Shown here: piece by piece, positions 1-10,560 of the stretch
How positions within the stretch are numbered: position 1 is the stretch's first letter
Layout: the number at the start of each line of letters is the position of its first letter
Origin: Okamejei kenojei
Lineage: Eukaryota
DNA: 64,000 bases
Reading direction: 5' to 3'
NCBI GenBank assembly: GCA_035221665.1
Contig: CM069147.1
Location: 25,668,001-25,732,000 of the forward strand
Made by a program: the position numbers and the translations under genes
The notes under the pieces: generated by a model
Databases searched by the model: none
Told to the model about the DNA's origin: nothing
What the model saw: only the letters and a program-made list of their open reading frames with translations

Positions 1-94
1 CGAAATTTTTTAATTTTGGAATCCGTATTAAGGATACCGTTTAGGGTACTTGGATGCACATGATAAAATAAGCATGGTAAAATAAGCATAAGGG

Positions 95-665
95 AGATCT
101 TGCCTGTCAACTCTTTTATTGTTTTTTGAGGAGCTAACACGCGGGATAGACGAGTGTCAATAAGCGTCGGTGCACAAAAGGCTGGAGAAACTCAGCGGGT
201 GCAGCAGCATCTAAGGAGCGAAGGAGATAGGCGACGTTTCGGGTCGAGACCCTTCTTCAGTCAATAAGCGTCGTTTTCTTGGAATTTTAATAGGCCTTTG
301 ATAAGGTGCCACGTGAGGCCGTTACACAAAATAGAAGCGCAAGTCATTAGAGGCAAGGGATTAGCACGGATTGAAGTGTTACTGACCGGCAGAAGACAAA
401 CAGTGTCAATGAATGGGCCTTTTGTGATTTGTTGTGGTTGACTAGTGGTGTTCTGCAGGGGTCGGCGTTGTGTCTGCTGCATTTTACATTATATGTTAAT
501 TATCTGGATGATGAAATTGATGGCTTTTTCGCCAAGTTTTCAGATGACACTAAGGTACGTTCATGGGCAGATAGTGTTGAGGAAGCAGGGAGTTTGCTGA
601 AGGATCTAGACAGTTTGGGAGAGTGGGTAAATAAGTGGCAGATGGACTGCAGCGTAGCACACTAA
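95..665 (+). mobile_element. Decayed CR1 LINE RT fragment interrupted by a short repeat (170-259)
   Basis: TSGVLQGS..FSDDTK motifs; the insert is flanked by a 14-bp TSD GTCAATAAGCGTCG (156-169, 260-273). Confidence 0.85.
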
Positions 666-767
666 AAATGTGGAACCCATTCTGTAATTCCCTGTTCATG
701 TAATCCGATTATTCAATGAAGATAACCTCTGAAAAATTATAATATTCAGCTTTTATTTTCCCTTTAG

Positions 768-878
768 GAATTAGCGTTAAACTCGTCTGCTTTCTGGCGG
801 GTGGATTTGCCATATGCGTGCTAATTATTCTAGCGCTGGCATTTTTTGCCAGGCGGTGCAAATTACACAGTACTGAAG
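768..878 (+). CDS. Gene A (SIRP-alpha/SHPS-1-like inhibitory IgSF receptor): transmembrane exon
   Basis: Acceptor ttttccctttag|, donor |gtaaga, 111 nt, phase 1-1. Encodes (G)ISVKLVCFLAGGFAICVLIILALAFFARRCKLHSTE: uncharged hydrophobic helix plus basic stop-transfer residues. Extracellular exons lie upstream of the window. Confidence 0.85.
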
Positions 879-1549
879 GTAAGAAATGAGTTGATTCTTG
901 TCCGAAATTAGTGATACAAGGAACTGCAGATGCAAAGCACAAAGTGCTTGAGTAACTCGGCCGTTTGACAGCATCTGGGGATACAGTGGATAGGGTATTT
1001 TTAATGGTTGAGTCACATTTGAAGAATAGAATAGAATAGAATACCTTTTACTGTAATTGAAACAACTTGGTTTGAACGAAATTGCATTTTCTACACTTGT
1101 TACATTACAAAAAACCCAAGACCCACACTTAATACAGTTTACATAAACATCCATCACAGTGAGTCTCCAACACATCCTCACTGTGATGGAAGGCAAAGTC
1201 TTATCTCTACCCTTTGTTCTTCACCCTCGGTCCTGCAGTCCAACTGCAGCAACTAGGCGAACTGGGGCTTCGATGTTAAAGCCCCCGGCGGACGATGGTA
1301 GGTCCTGTGGCCATTAAGCCACGCGGGGCGATGTTAGGCCCCGGCTCCGTGTCCTTTAAACACTGCGATTCCAGCGGGAGAAGTTGCCGTTGCGGGAGAT
1401 CCGAAAAGTCGTCTCCCACGAGAGACCCGGAGCTCCCGATGTTCTTGTCCAGCGGGCCTGCGGCCGGAGCCTACGAAGTCGGGTCGCAGGCGAGCGCCAC
1501 CACAGCTCTACCCGCTCTCTGGTGGAATAAAACTGGGTGAAAAAAAGGT

Positions 1550-1838
1550 GTTACCTTCCACTACCTGCAACCTCCGGCAACCACCTTCAACTAAGGCTTC
1601 GCAACCGGCTTCGACTAAAAAATTACCGATTTTTAAAACGGCAACCTATTGTAAGTCGCGGCCGGTTTTGAATTTTTTGAAATAATCGCCGGAACATGGA
1701 AGAAGCGGAAACCACTTTCGACCATTAGGGAGACAGACAAAAACTTCCGGGAACCTCCGGGAACCGCAGGGAACCCTTGGGTGGGGCGCAAAGTCTCCAG
1801 AGGTTTCCGTTCAGGTTTCCTAAGTGAGACAGGGGCAT
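1550..1838. mobile_element. One end of a PIF/Harbinger-like MITE
   Basis: Ends ...GGTTTCCTAAGTGAGACAGGGGCA-TAA, the same terminus as the element at 54824-55728. Confidence 0.7.
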
Positions 1839-2101
1839 AACGATCGGGCTATTTAAATAGGGGCAGTTATCACAGGAAAGCGGAAGCAAACAATAGGGTT
1901 TCAACTTTTCCGTTTGCTTCTCCTTAACATTATGACTAACGAGGAGAGGATTTGTTCAAATAACAAGAATAGCATGACCGCAATGATCAATTTCTACAGC
2001 CGAACAAATCTGGTCACAACTCGACAATTAACTGACCATCTGCAGGCAAGTTGTGACACCTTGATGATTAAATGTTGTCGTTTTATTATGTTCTCTACTA
2101 G

Positions 2102-2145
2102 CCCCAGAAAATATTGAGGATAGAACCCACCACTTCGAAAAACAG
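2102..2145 (+). CDS. Gene A: cytoplasmic exon 1
   Basis: ttctctactag|...cag|gtaatt, 44 nt, converts phase 1 to phase 0 as required between the flanking exons; (A)PENIEDRTHHFEKQ. Confidence 0.7.
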
Positions 2146-2780
2146 GTAATTTATTTGTTGATATAACAAGATATAACCTGTTGTATCATGTTCTGCTAAT
2201 GGACGTCCGTAATTATAATCACATTGATGGATAACAGGACGGATCCACTTTTTGTGGAACTCTCTATGTGCCTCGTTTGCAATTGTCCTTATCCTCCCGT
2301 ATTCTCATGATATAGTCCATGGTCGTCAGCGACATGCACTTGCGTATCCTCCGAGTTATCCTAAACAGTTTATGTCTAATCCGTCCTGTTCCAATTCAAA
2401 ATTCACACGTTCTACTTTTTTGCGGAGTAGCTTGTACTGATATATGACGAAAAATCTGCTAACACGTCTGAGCCCAGAAATCGCGTCAACTATATATTGT
2501 CCCGAAGTCATCACCCAACAAACCTCCGGTCAGTGTCCTGCCGATGCGTTTCACGATTTGGCTACTAGTTCACTAATTATTCAAGAAACTCAAACCAATT
2601 AGATACCAGTTGCTTCCGTTTACTTTTTTTAGTAATCTCATCATAGGGATGTAGCCAGAAATGGCAATGGAATGGCTGGCCGTGCAGACCCAGCTTCCAC
2701 CCGCTTATTTTATGTTTGCCCGTCTTCGCAGTTGTTTGTAAATGTGGAGTTTATTTCCTTTCAAATAAATGTTCCCTCAG

Positions 2781-2868
2781 AATCCAACGTATGCAGATTT
2801 GAATTTCAGCGGACAGCAGAAAACTGAGAAAAACAGACGGCGCGAAAAAACTAATTATCTATGCCCAG
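2781..2868 (+). CDS. Gene A: cytoplasmic exon 2 (TYADL motif; ends IIYAQ after correcting a +1 frameshift)
   Basis: ttccctcag|AATCCAACGTATGCAGATTTG...TATGCCCAG|gtaaag, 88 nt. NPTYADLNFSGQQKTEKNRRRE; removing one A from an A run gives KLIIYAQ and phase 0, matching the next exon and the paralogous exon at 18990-19100. Confidence 0.8.
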
Positions 2869-3103
2869 GTAAAGAAAATAGTAAGATTAAACAAGAACTT
2901 ACCAGTTCGAAGTTTGATCGTTATTTTATGAGGAGTTACGATGAGGGATTACGTGAAGAACCCGCCTCACGCTGGCAACGGCATACTTCAAAGCAGCGGC
3001 ATGAAAAACACAGAACACCAAAAGCCGGAGTAACATAGTAAGGCTCATAAAAGACTTAGAACTACCATTTGATCATTTATTTTATGAGGGTGGGAGCGGA
3101 GGG

Positions 3104-3217
3104 CACGTAATCCCTCATCGTAACTCCTCATAAAAATAACGATCAAACTTCGAACTGGTAAGTTCTTGTTTAATCTTACCATTTTACTTCGGAGTCACGT
3201 GAGTGACTACGTGAAGA
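3104..3217. repeat. DIRS internal complementary region (ICR)
   Basis: 3104-3185 is the reverse complement of 2875-2955 (1 mismatch, 1 indel); 3181-3217 is the exact reverse complement of 7662-7698; the halves overlap on ATTTT. Confidence 0.95.
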
Positions 3218-3453
3218 TTTTAAAGCTTTCTGTGTTTTTTATGTCGTAGAATCAATCCGTACGACAGTCCGGCTAAGTAAACACATACATGAGAAACCAG
3301 ACTAATGTTAGATCATTTCACAATTAACTTCTTAATGGTTTAAAGACCATATAATAACCCTCCTTATATCTGAGGGAAAATGATTACAAGTGATAAAAGA
3401 TAGAAGTGACTACACCATTGATTATAGCAATTAATAGTAAACAAAGCAGGTGA

Positions 3454-4425
3454 TTATAGTGCTCCCAACACCGCGTGTCCAAAGCTTGTCATAGTGTGAA
3501 CAGGTTTATTGTAGAACTTTGAAAAAGTTTCTTCTTTACTCCACCCTGCGACTTTTAAAATATGCTCGAGAGGTACGTCCCGCCCCTTCGCCGCGGACGT
3601 AGCTGCCGCCCTGGTGGAGTGAGATTTGAACACATCAGTGTCTACTCCCGCTAAAACCAACACCTGTTTCAACCATTTTGAGATAGTTTGAACTGAAGCT
3701 TTTGTGTGTGGTTTTTTGTGCGTAACCATTAACGCTTTTTCATTTCCTCGAAGGGTGTCAGTAACTTTAATATATTCGTTCAAATGTTTAACCACACACA
3801 AAGTAGGATCAATATGATAAGCTTGAAAGGTTACCTTTGTTCCAGATCTCCCTGGTCTGCTTTGTTTGATCAACTCGTAAACATAGAACACAACATTATC
3901 TGTAGTCACATGCATACAGTCTAAACGCAACATTTGTAAAGTTTGCACTCTTTGAGCTGAGACCAGTGACATTAACATGACTAATTTCAATGTCAATCTT
4001 TCCAATGTCAACCCTTCAATTGGAGTCCATTGTCTAAGTAGCGTAAGTACAATGCTCACATCCCAAATCTCTGTGTATCTTGGTTTGGGTGGATTAATAT
4101 TAAAGATTCCTTTCATGAATCTAGATATTAATGGATGCGACCCAATTGATCTCTGATCAGTCATAAGCCCTAAATAGGACGACAAAGCACTGCGTGCAGT
4201 GTTAATGGCACTGTAACTTAAATGTTGCTGAAAATGCAAATTGGCAAGGAATTCCAAAACATTTGCAATATTTACAGTATCATAAGAAATATTTGACTGT
4301 GTGCAAAAGTCTTCCCATTTCTTAATATGTGTCATATATTGCTTTTGTGTGCTATTGCGCCATGATGCAACCATAACTTTCATAGTTTGGTCCGACAATC
4401 CCAGCTCCTGTAGTGGTCTGGTCAA
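3454..4425 (-). CDS. DIRS tyrosine recombinase (phage-integrase fold)
   Basis: 323-aa uninterrupted ORF with SAQR, HSTR, AGW and F..FY catalytic motifs. Confidence 0.95.
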   Translation of the reverse strand: MTRPLQELGLSDQTMKVMVASWRNSTQKQYMTHIKKWEDFCTQSNISYDTVNIANVLEFLANLHFQQHLSYSAINTARSALSSYLGLMTDQRSIGSHPLISRFMKGIFNINPPKPRYTEIWDVSIVLTLLRQWTPIEGLTLERLTLKLVMLMSLVSAQRVQTLQMLRLDCMHVTTDNVVFYVYELIKQSRPGRSGTKVTFQAYHIDPTLCVVKHLNEYIKVTDTLRGNEKALMVTHKKPHTKASVQTISKWLKQVLVLAGVDTDVFKSHSTRAAATSAAKGRDVPLEHILKVAGWSKEETFSKFYNKPVHTMTSFGHAVLGAL

Positions 4426-6419
4426 AACCTGCAGATTAACAAATTCATATATGCATACAATGGGTAAATCTCTTTAGTTACCGGATTAGTCAAGATATCA
4501 CTACAGTTAGGAATCGACATATATGGTTCTTTAATCATATTCAGCATTACTGGGAACCAAGGTTGAGTTGGCCAATTTGGAACTACCAACAATCCAGAAG
4601 CAGAATCTTGTTCTATCTTCTTCAGGCATCTCTGAATCAAAGCAAATGGTGGAAAAGCATAAAAGAACATCTTTCCCCAGTGTAATGAAAAAGCATCTAC
4701 TGCTACTGCATCTGGATCGTGTTCCCAAGACACATAAGTAGGCAACCGATGATTAAGCCTAGATGCAAACAAATCTATTTCTGGCAACCCAAATTGGTTT
4801 ACAATATTCTTAAATATTGCTGGCTTAAGCATCCATTCCGTATTATCTTTAAAAATCCTGGACCTTTCATCTGCTACCACATTGTCCTTACCCGGAATGT
4901 AGCTTGCTGAAATCCATATTTGGCGATCAATACACCATTGCCATATCTCATTGGCCAGACAATCACATGATACTGACCTAACTCCCCCCATGTGATTAAT
5001 GTATGCAACCGCCGTTTTATTGTCTAACTGTATTAACACATGTAGACCTTGTTTAGCACAACAATATGCTTTAAGTCCATAAAAAGCACCCAATAACTCC
5101 AAATAGTTAATACCATAAACTTGAAGAAACGCTTCTTCTTGAGCTTTCCATCTACCTCCACAACTGGAGGACGAATCTGTAGCCCCCCATCCGAGAGCAC
5201 TAGCATCCGTTTGTAAAACCATTTCAGGTTGTTTAATCATGATATTCTTAGCAGCTTGTGGGACATTTTCAACCCACCATTGTAATTCCAACACGGCTTC
5301 TTTTGTTAATTGCATAGGCCTGTCAAAGTGACCTGCCTTCTCTTTAAGAGCCCTTGTTTTGTCCCTTTGAAGATTTTGATAATGTAATGGACCAAATTCC
5401 ACTGCCGGAAATGCTGCTACCAGTTTCCCAATGGTTTTCGCCACTTCTCGGATGGAGGGATAAGGTTTGTGAGTGAGGTAATTACAAGTCATCAAGATGT
5501 CATTGGCCTTCTCTGTTGGCAAAGTAACTAACATAGTCACTGAGTTAATTACAAACCCCAAAAAGTTAATTGATTGTGCTGGCTGCAGCTGGGACTTAAT
5601 TGGATGAATCAAAAACCCTAGCTTTTCTAACAAAGCTTTAGTAACTGAAACTGAGTGCTCAGCTGACTCTTGAGTATCACTAATGATCAGAATATCATCC
5701 AGATAAGCCATAACAATGTGTTTCTGTGCTCTTAATTGGGCTAAAACTGGTTTCAACAGTTTTGTAAAGAGTCTAGGAGCCGAACTCAATCCATTTGGTA
5801 AAGCTTTAAACTGCCATAATTGTCCCAGCCAATTAAATTTTAAATACCTCCTGAAGCATTGATGAATTGCTACAGAATAATAGGCATCCTTCAAATCAAT
5901 CTTAGCCATATAACACCCTGCTGAGATAAGATATTTTGCAGTACTGAATGTCTCCATCTTAAAATGTTTGTATTCTACAAACTTATTCAGATCTGTAAGG
6001 TCCAGAATAATTCTGCAACCACCATCTTTTTTATCTCTTCGAAATATATTAGAGACAAATTGATGCTTATGTTCATAAGTCTTTTCAATTACGCCTTTTC
6101 CAGATAATTTGTCAATTTCCACATTAATCTCCATTCTTTCCTCTGCAGAAAACACATAAGCATAAGCAGGTCTATTCTGTACAGGAGGATTAACCCCTTC
6201 TTTAAAAATAATAATGGCTCCCGAAACTGTTTGTAATACATATCGATCAGAAGTAATGTTAAGCCAGGCATTATAAAATTTTTGCAATCTCCCTCCAACT
6301 GGAGAGTCATCCACAGTTTCTTTAAGTACATAAGTCTTTAATACCTCTGCGTATGAGCCTGGTGGTCTCCTTCTTCCCGAATACAGGGAAGCACTTGCTA
6401 AAATATTTAGCTTCTTCAT
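4422..6419 (-). CDS. DIRS pol: reverse transcriptase, RNase H and DAM-like methyltransferase domain
   Basis: 665-aa ORF with IDLKDAY, LPNGLSSAPRLFTK, YLDD, TDAS..GWG, INYLEL, DN, IDLFAS and YAFPPF motifs. Confidence 0.96.
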   Translation of the reverse strand: MKKLNILASASLYSGRRRPPGSYAEVLKTYVLKETVDDSPVGGRLQKFYNAWLNITSDRYVLQTVSGAIIIFKEGVNPPVQNRPAYAYVFSAEERMEINVEIDKLSGKGVIEKTYEHKHQFVSNIFRRDKKDGGCRIILDLTDLNKFVEYKHFKMETFSTAKYLISAGCYMAKIDLKDAYYSVAIHQCFRRYLKFNWLGQLWQFKALPNGLSSAPRLFTKLLKPVLAQLRAQKHIVMAYLDDILIISDTQESAEHSVSVTKALLEKLGFLIHPIKSQLQPAQSINFLGFVINSVTMLVTLPTEKANDILMTCNYLTHKPYPSIREVAKTIGKLVAAFPAVEFGPLHYQNLQRDKTRALKEKAGHFDRPMQLTKEAVLELQWWVENVPQAAKNIMIKQPEMVLQTDASALGWGATDSSSSCGGRWKAQEEAFLQVYGINYLELLGAFYGLKAYCCAKQGLHVLIQLDNKTAVAYINHMGGVRSVSCDCLANEIWQWCIDRQIWISASYIPGKDNVVADERSRIFKDNTEWMLKPAIFKNIVNQFGLPEIDLFASRLNHRLPTYVSWEHDPDAVAVDAFSLHWGKMFFYAFPPFALIQRCLKKIEQDSASGLLVVPNWPTQPWFPVMLNMIKEPYMSIPNCSDILTNPVTKEIYPLYAYMNLLICRF

Positions 6420-7444
6420 CCAACTCTTTCAGCTGTTTCGGCAGATTTTCTCCAAACAAATACCCAGGAGCTTGAACTCCACTTTCTTGACACAGGCTTG
6501 CAAATCTAGGGTGAAATATGGGCCGAATCGCCATTTTCCTCATGCAATTAATTTCATAGAATGAATTACATAATAAGCCCAAAGTATCCTTTTGAATCTT
6601 TTCCATTTCCAGATTCTCCATTTGCCTGCCATAGGCCGTAATGGCGGCAGAAATTAATTTGAGCACCTTTTGAAACTTCACTTCTAGGGCTCTCATACTT
6701 GGAGTCATAGACGTCCATATCATCGGATTCACCATAGGTACTTCCAATGAGGCACAATTTCTTGGAGCTTTATATAATTCTGATGTTTCATTCATCACAG
6801 AATTGTGAAGTTGGTGAGATACCATATAATTTATGTTTGCAGCTAGGATTTCTTCCATAGCCTCACCACTTCCTTCAGGTATAGCAAAATCTTGTGCTAT
6901 CCCAGGCACATTAGGCCTTTTCTTTTTACTTTGTGGTGTGCTTTCAAAAGCCATATAGCCACCAGCAGGGTCTGCCTTCTGCAGCCCTAAATCAATTGGG
7001 ATATCATCCCATGAGACTTCTTCCAGCCCAAATCCTGGGTCCGGAGTATCATATTCCCAACTTGGCCCACAGCCATATTCATCATATTCAAACCCCTCAG
7101 GGATTTTTTGGGATTCATCTGGGTACTCTGACCCTTGTCTCATTATTGTTTGGAGAACTTTCTCCATATGCTCCATTTTTAGCCACATAGTTTTATTGTC
7201 TGGAGGTCTTTCAATATCAGAGTCATCAGAAACCACGGGCCTCTCAGATTTCTTTTTGCATTTTTTAGGAACATTTTCCTCCGTGGTTATTATTTCTGGA
7301 GAATCTGGAAACTCACTATCGGGTACATCAGCGGCCAACGGTATCGGAACCGGGTCCGCACTAACTTCGCGTCCCGTATTTTTACTTTCACCCCGGGAAC
7401 ATCTTTTTACCCGCGAAAACTTCTTTCCCGATTTCTCAATTTTT
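6322..7444 (-). CDS. DIRS gag-like ORF1 (the frame is open from 7444; possible spliced first exon 7638-7562)
   Basis: The ORF track gives 6322-7338 from a TTG; the frame stays open to a TAA at 7449-7447. Lies upstream of and overlaps pol; YLFGENL motif near the C-terminus. Confidence 0.8.
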
Positions 7445-7756
7445 CTTTAATAATCAGTGCTCAATCAGCACGTTAACGTGGCTCTAAATTTTTCTTTTGG
7501 TTTCGTTTTGCTGGAGCCACCCAGCGTAACCTAAAAAACGCCCCGGTCTAACTGCACTTACCTGCGGGCCGTTCCGACCACTGCCGAGGAGCTGCTCCTT
7601 ACTGCAGCTCCTCCTCGCGCCGTCAGCGTTGACGTCATGCCGTTGCCAGCGTGAGGCGGGTTCTTCACGTAGTCACTCACGTGACTCCGAAGTAAAATTG
7701 GAAGTGTGCTGCAAGGAAAATTCGCGTACGTCGCCCATATGGGCGAATCGGCAACT

Positions 7757-8537
7757 CATAGAAACATAGAAACATAGAAACATAGAAACATAGAAATTAG
7801 GTGCAGGAGTAGGCCATTCAGCCCTTCGAGCCTGCACCGCCATTCAATATGATCATGGCTGATCATCCAACTCAGTATCCCGTACCTGCCTTCTCTCCAT
7901 ACCCTCTGATCCCCTTAGCCACAAGGGCCACATCCAACTCACTCTTAAATATAGCCAATGAACTGGCCTCAACTACCCTCTGTGGCAGAGAGTTCCAGAG
8001 ACTCACCACTCTCTGTGTGAAGAAAGTCTTTCTCATCTCGGTCTTAAAGGATTTCCCCCTTATCCTTAAGCTGTGACCCCTTGTCCTGGACTTCCCCAAC
8101 ATCGGGAACAATCTTCCTGCATCTAGCCTGTCCAACCCCTTAAGAATTTTGTAAGTTTTCTATAAGATCCCCTCTTAATCTCCTAAATTCCAGAGAGTAT
8201 AAACCAAGTCTATCCAGTCTTTCTTCATAAGACAGTCCTGACATCCCAGGAATCAGTCTGGTGAACCTTCTCTGCACTCCCTCTATGGCAATAATGTCCT
8301 TCCTCAGATTTGGAGACCAAAACTGCACGCAATACTCCAGGTGTGGTCTCACCAAGACCCTGTACAACTGAAGTAGAACCTCCCTGCTCCTGTACTCAAA
8401 TCCTTTTGCTATGAAAGCTAACATACCATTCGCTTTTTTCACTGCCTGCTGCACCTGCATGCCTACTTTCAATGACTGGTGTACCATGACACCCAGGTCT
8501 CGCTGCATCTCCCCTTTTCCTAATCGGCCACCATTTA
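7757..8537 (-). mobile_element. 5'-truncated CR1 LINE in the last intron of gene A
   Basis: [13 protein letters not shown] and FFTQRVVSLWNSLP ORF2 C-terminal motifs; (GAAACATA)n tail at about 7757-7795. Confidence 0.93.
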
Positions 8538-8578
8538 ATGTATATACATAATCATGATCTCTGATTATTTTTCGATAG

Positions 8579-8701
8579 GTCAAAGAAATGTCTGAAAATG
8601 AACGGACATATGCAACTCTGGATCTCACCGCTACTCTGAAAGATCCAAGAACAGCGAAGAACAATGAAACAGAGTATGCAGGAATCAGGATTATTAAGTA
8701 G
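8579..8701 (+). CDS. Gene A: terminal cytoplasmic exon with ITIM-like TYATL and ITSM TEYAGI
   Basis: tttttcgatag| then VKEMSENERTYATLDLTATLKDPRTAKNNETEYAGIRIIK-TAG; phase 0, 41 codons including the stop. Confidence 0.85.
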   Translation, partial: VKEMSENERTYATLDLTATLKDPRTAKNNETEYAGIRIIK

Positions 8702-8918
8702 CTGTGGAAGCAGCAAACGTCCATTCGCTCTAAAACCAACAATATTTAAATTACATAAACCTGATTAACATGGTGTCACTGATCGCACAGATACATTATC
8801 ATTTAGAAGACAATGTGCAGGGGCAGGGGATTTTAATGAACTCTGATAAATGTTGTTGACGTCAACAGAAAAACGATTAATGATCATAGAATCTTACGAT
8901 CATACAGCTGTTCTGCAC

Positions 8919-8924
8919 AATAAA
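8919..8924 (+). promoter_or_regulatory. Candidate polyadenylation signal of gene A
   Basis: AATAAA about 220 nt after the stop codon. Confidence 0.4.
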
Positions 8925-9189
8925 CGCCTTTCACCGCAAATCTTGGCTAACTGCATACGATCCTTATCTCTCTACCTTTTCCCTATCTAATTGCCCGTGG
9001 AAATGCAAGTGAAAGGCTGTATTAGCGTCTGCCTCCACAAACTCCTTGCCAGCTCGTCCATGGTCGTGACCACATTCTGCGTACATATTTACCTTAAGCA
9101 TATGCTCGTCAGTTAAATATTTCACCACAATATTTAGAAAAAGACTCTGAATATTTATCCTGTCTGTACTCCTCATACTTTTAGAAAAC

Positions 9190-9480
9190 TGAACAGATGC
9201 AATTTTATCGGGATGTATCACACCTGGTTTGGGAATAGCTCCATCCAAGACCGCAAAAGTTAGCAGAGATTTGTGGACCAGCCTAAAACCATCACGCAAA
9301 CCATCTCCCTGCCATTAACTCCATCTACACTTCACGCTGCCTCGCAAAGTCACCGGCATAATTAAGGCAGGGTCTCAACCCGGACACTCCATCTTCTCCC
9401 CTCCCCCACCAGGCAAGTGGTACAGAAGTATGAAAACGCATACGTCCAGAGCTAGTGACAGTTTCTTCCCAGCTGTTATC
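9190..9480 (+). mobile_element. Rex1/Babar-type LINE 3' fragment
   Basis: Degenerate C-terminal RT-region sequence resembling the Rex-like element at 60720-62070. Confidence 0.55.
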
Positions 9481-9514
9481 GTGTCCTTTGGATGAGAACA
9501 TACGGGGCACGACT

Positions 9515-10560
9515 TGCACATTTGCTGATGATACAAAAGTGAGTGGTTCTGCAGATAGTAAAGATGGTTGTGAAAGATTGCAGTAGGATCTGGATCGATT
9601 GACCATAAGGGCTGAGGAACGGTTGTTGGAATTTAATACGGAGAAGTGAGAGGTGTTGCATTTTGGGACGTCTAACAAGGGCAGGACCTCACAGTAAATG
9701 GTTGGCCTCTGTGGAGTGCTGTAGAGTAGTATGATCTAGGAGTGCGGGTGCATGGTTCCTTGAAGGTCGAATCGAAGGTAGCTAAGGTGGTCAAATAAGC
9801 TTTTCGCACTTTGGCCGTCATCAGTCTGAGTATTGAGTATAGAAGTTGAGAGGTGTGTAAAAAGGAGCTGTAGATACTGGTTTAAACCGAAGATAGAAAT
9901 AAAAAGCTGGAGTAACTCAACGGGACAGGCAGTATCTATCGAGAGAAGGAATGGGCGACATTTCAAGTCAAGACTCTTCTTTAAGTTGGGAGGTTATGTT
10001 ATAGTTGTATAAGACGTTCGTGAGTGCATTTAGAATATTGTGTTCAGTTCTGGACACCATATTATAGGAAATATATTGTCGAGCTTGAAAGGGTTCTGAA
10101 AAGATTTACGATCGCCAGGACTTCAGTGCGTGAGCAATAGGGAGAGATTCAGTAGGCTGGGTCTCTCTTCCTTGGAGTGCAGGAGAGTGAAGAGTATAGA
10201 GGTGTACAAAATCATGAGAGGAATAGATCGAGTAGATGCACAGAGTCTCTTGCCCTGAGCAGGGGAATCGAGGACCAGAGTACATAGGTTCAAGATGAAG
10301 GGGAAAATATTAATAGGAATCCGAGGTATAACTTTTTCACACAAAAGATGGTGTGTGTATGGAACAAGCTGCCAGATGAAGTAGTTGAGACTGGGGCTAT
10401 CCCATCGTTTAAGATGCAGTTAGACAGGTACATGGATTGGACAGGTTTGGGGGGATATGGACCAAGCACAGGCAGATGGGACATGTTGGCCGGCATGGGC
10501 AAGTTGGGCTGAAGGGCCTGTTTCCACACTGTATCACTCTATGACTCTATGACTCTATGA
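9515..10560 (+). mobile_element. Decayed CR1 LINE 3' part
   Basis: FADDTK-type start, CR1 3' UTR and (ACTCTATG)n tail. Confidence 0.85.

Larger units (their letters stand above)
2875..7698 (-). mobile_element. Full-length DIRS1-type tyrosine-recombinase retrotransposon
   Basis: gag-like, RT/RNaseH/MT and YR ORFs. 35-bp perfect inverted repeat 2950-2984/7637-7671. Internal complementary region 3104-3217 pairs with both termini. AAAAT at both ends (2875-2879, 7694-7698). Confidence 0.97.

Noticed and set aside
2769-3038. 89-aa ORF as an independent gene
   Set aside because: It is gene A exon 2781-2868 read through its donor into the DIRS terminus.
3454-6419. Prophage integrase or bacterial RT-methyltransferase defence system
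   Set aside because: The YR, RT/RNaseH and MT domains with ITR/ICR structure are standard DIRS components in a vertebrate intron.
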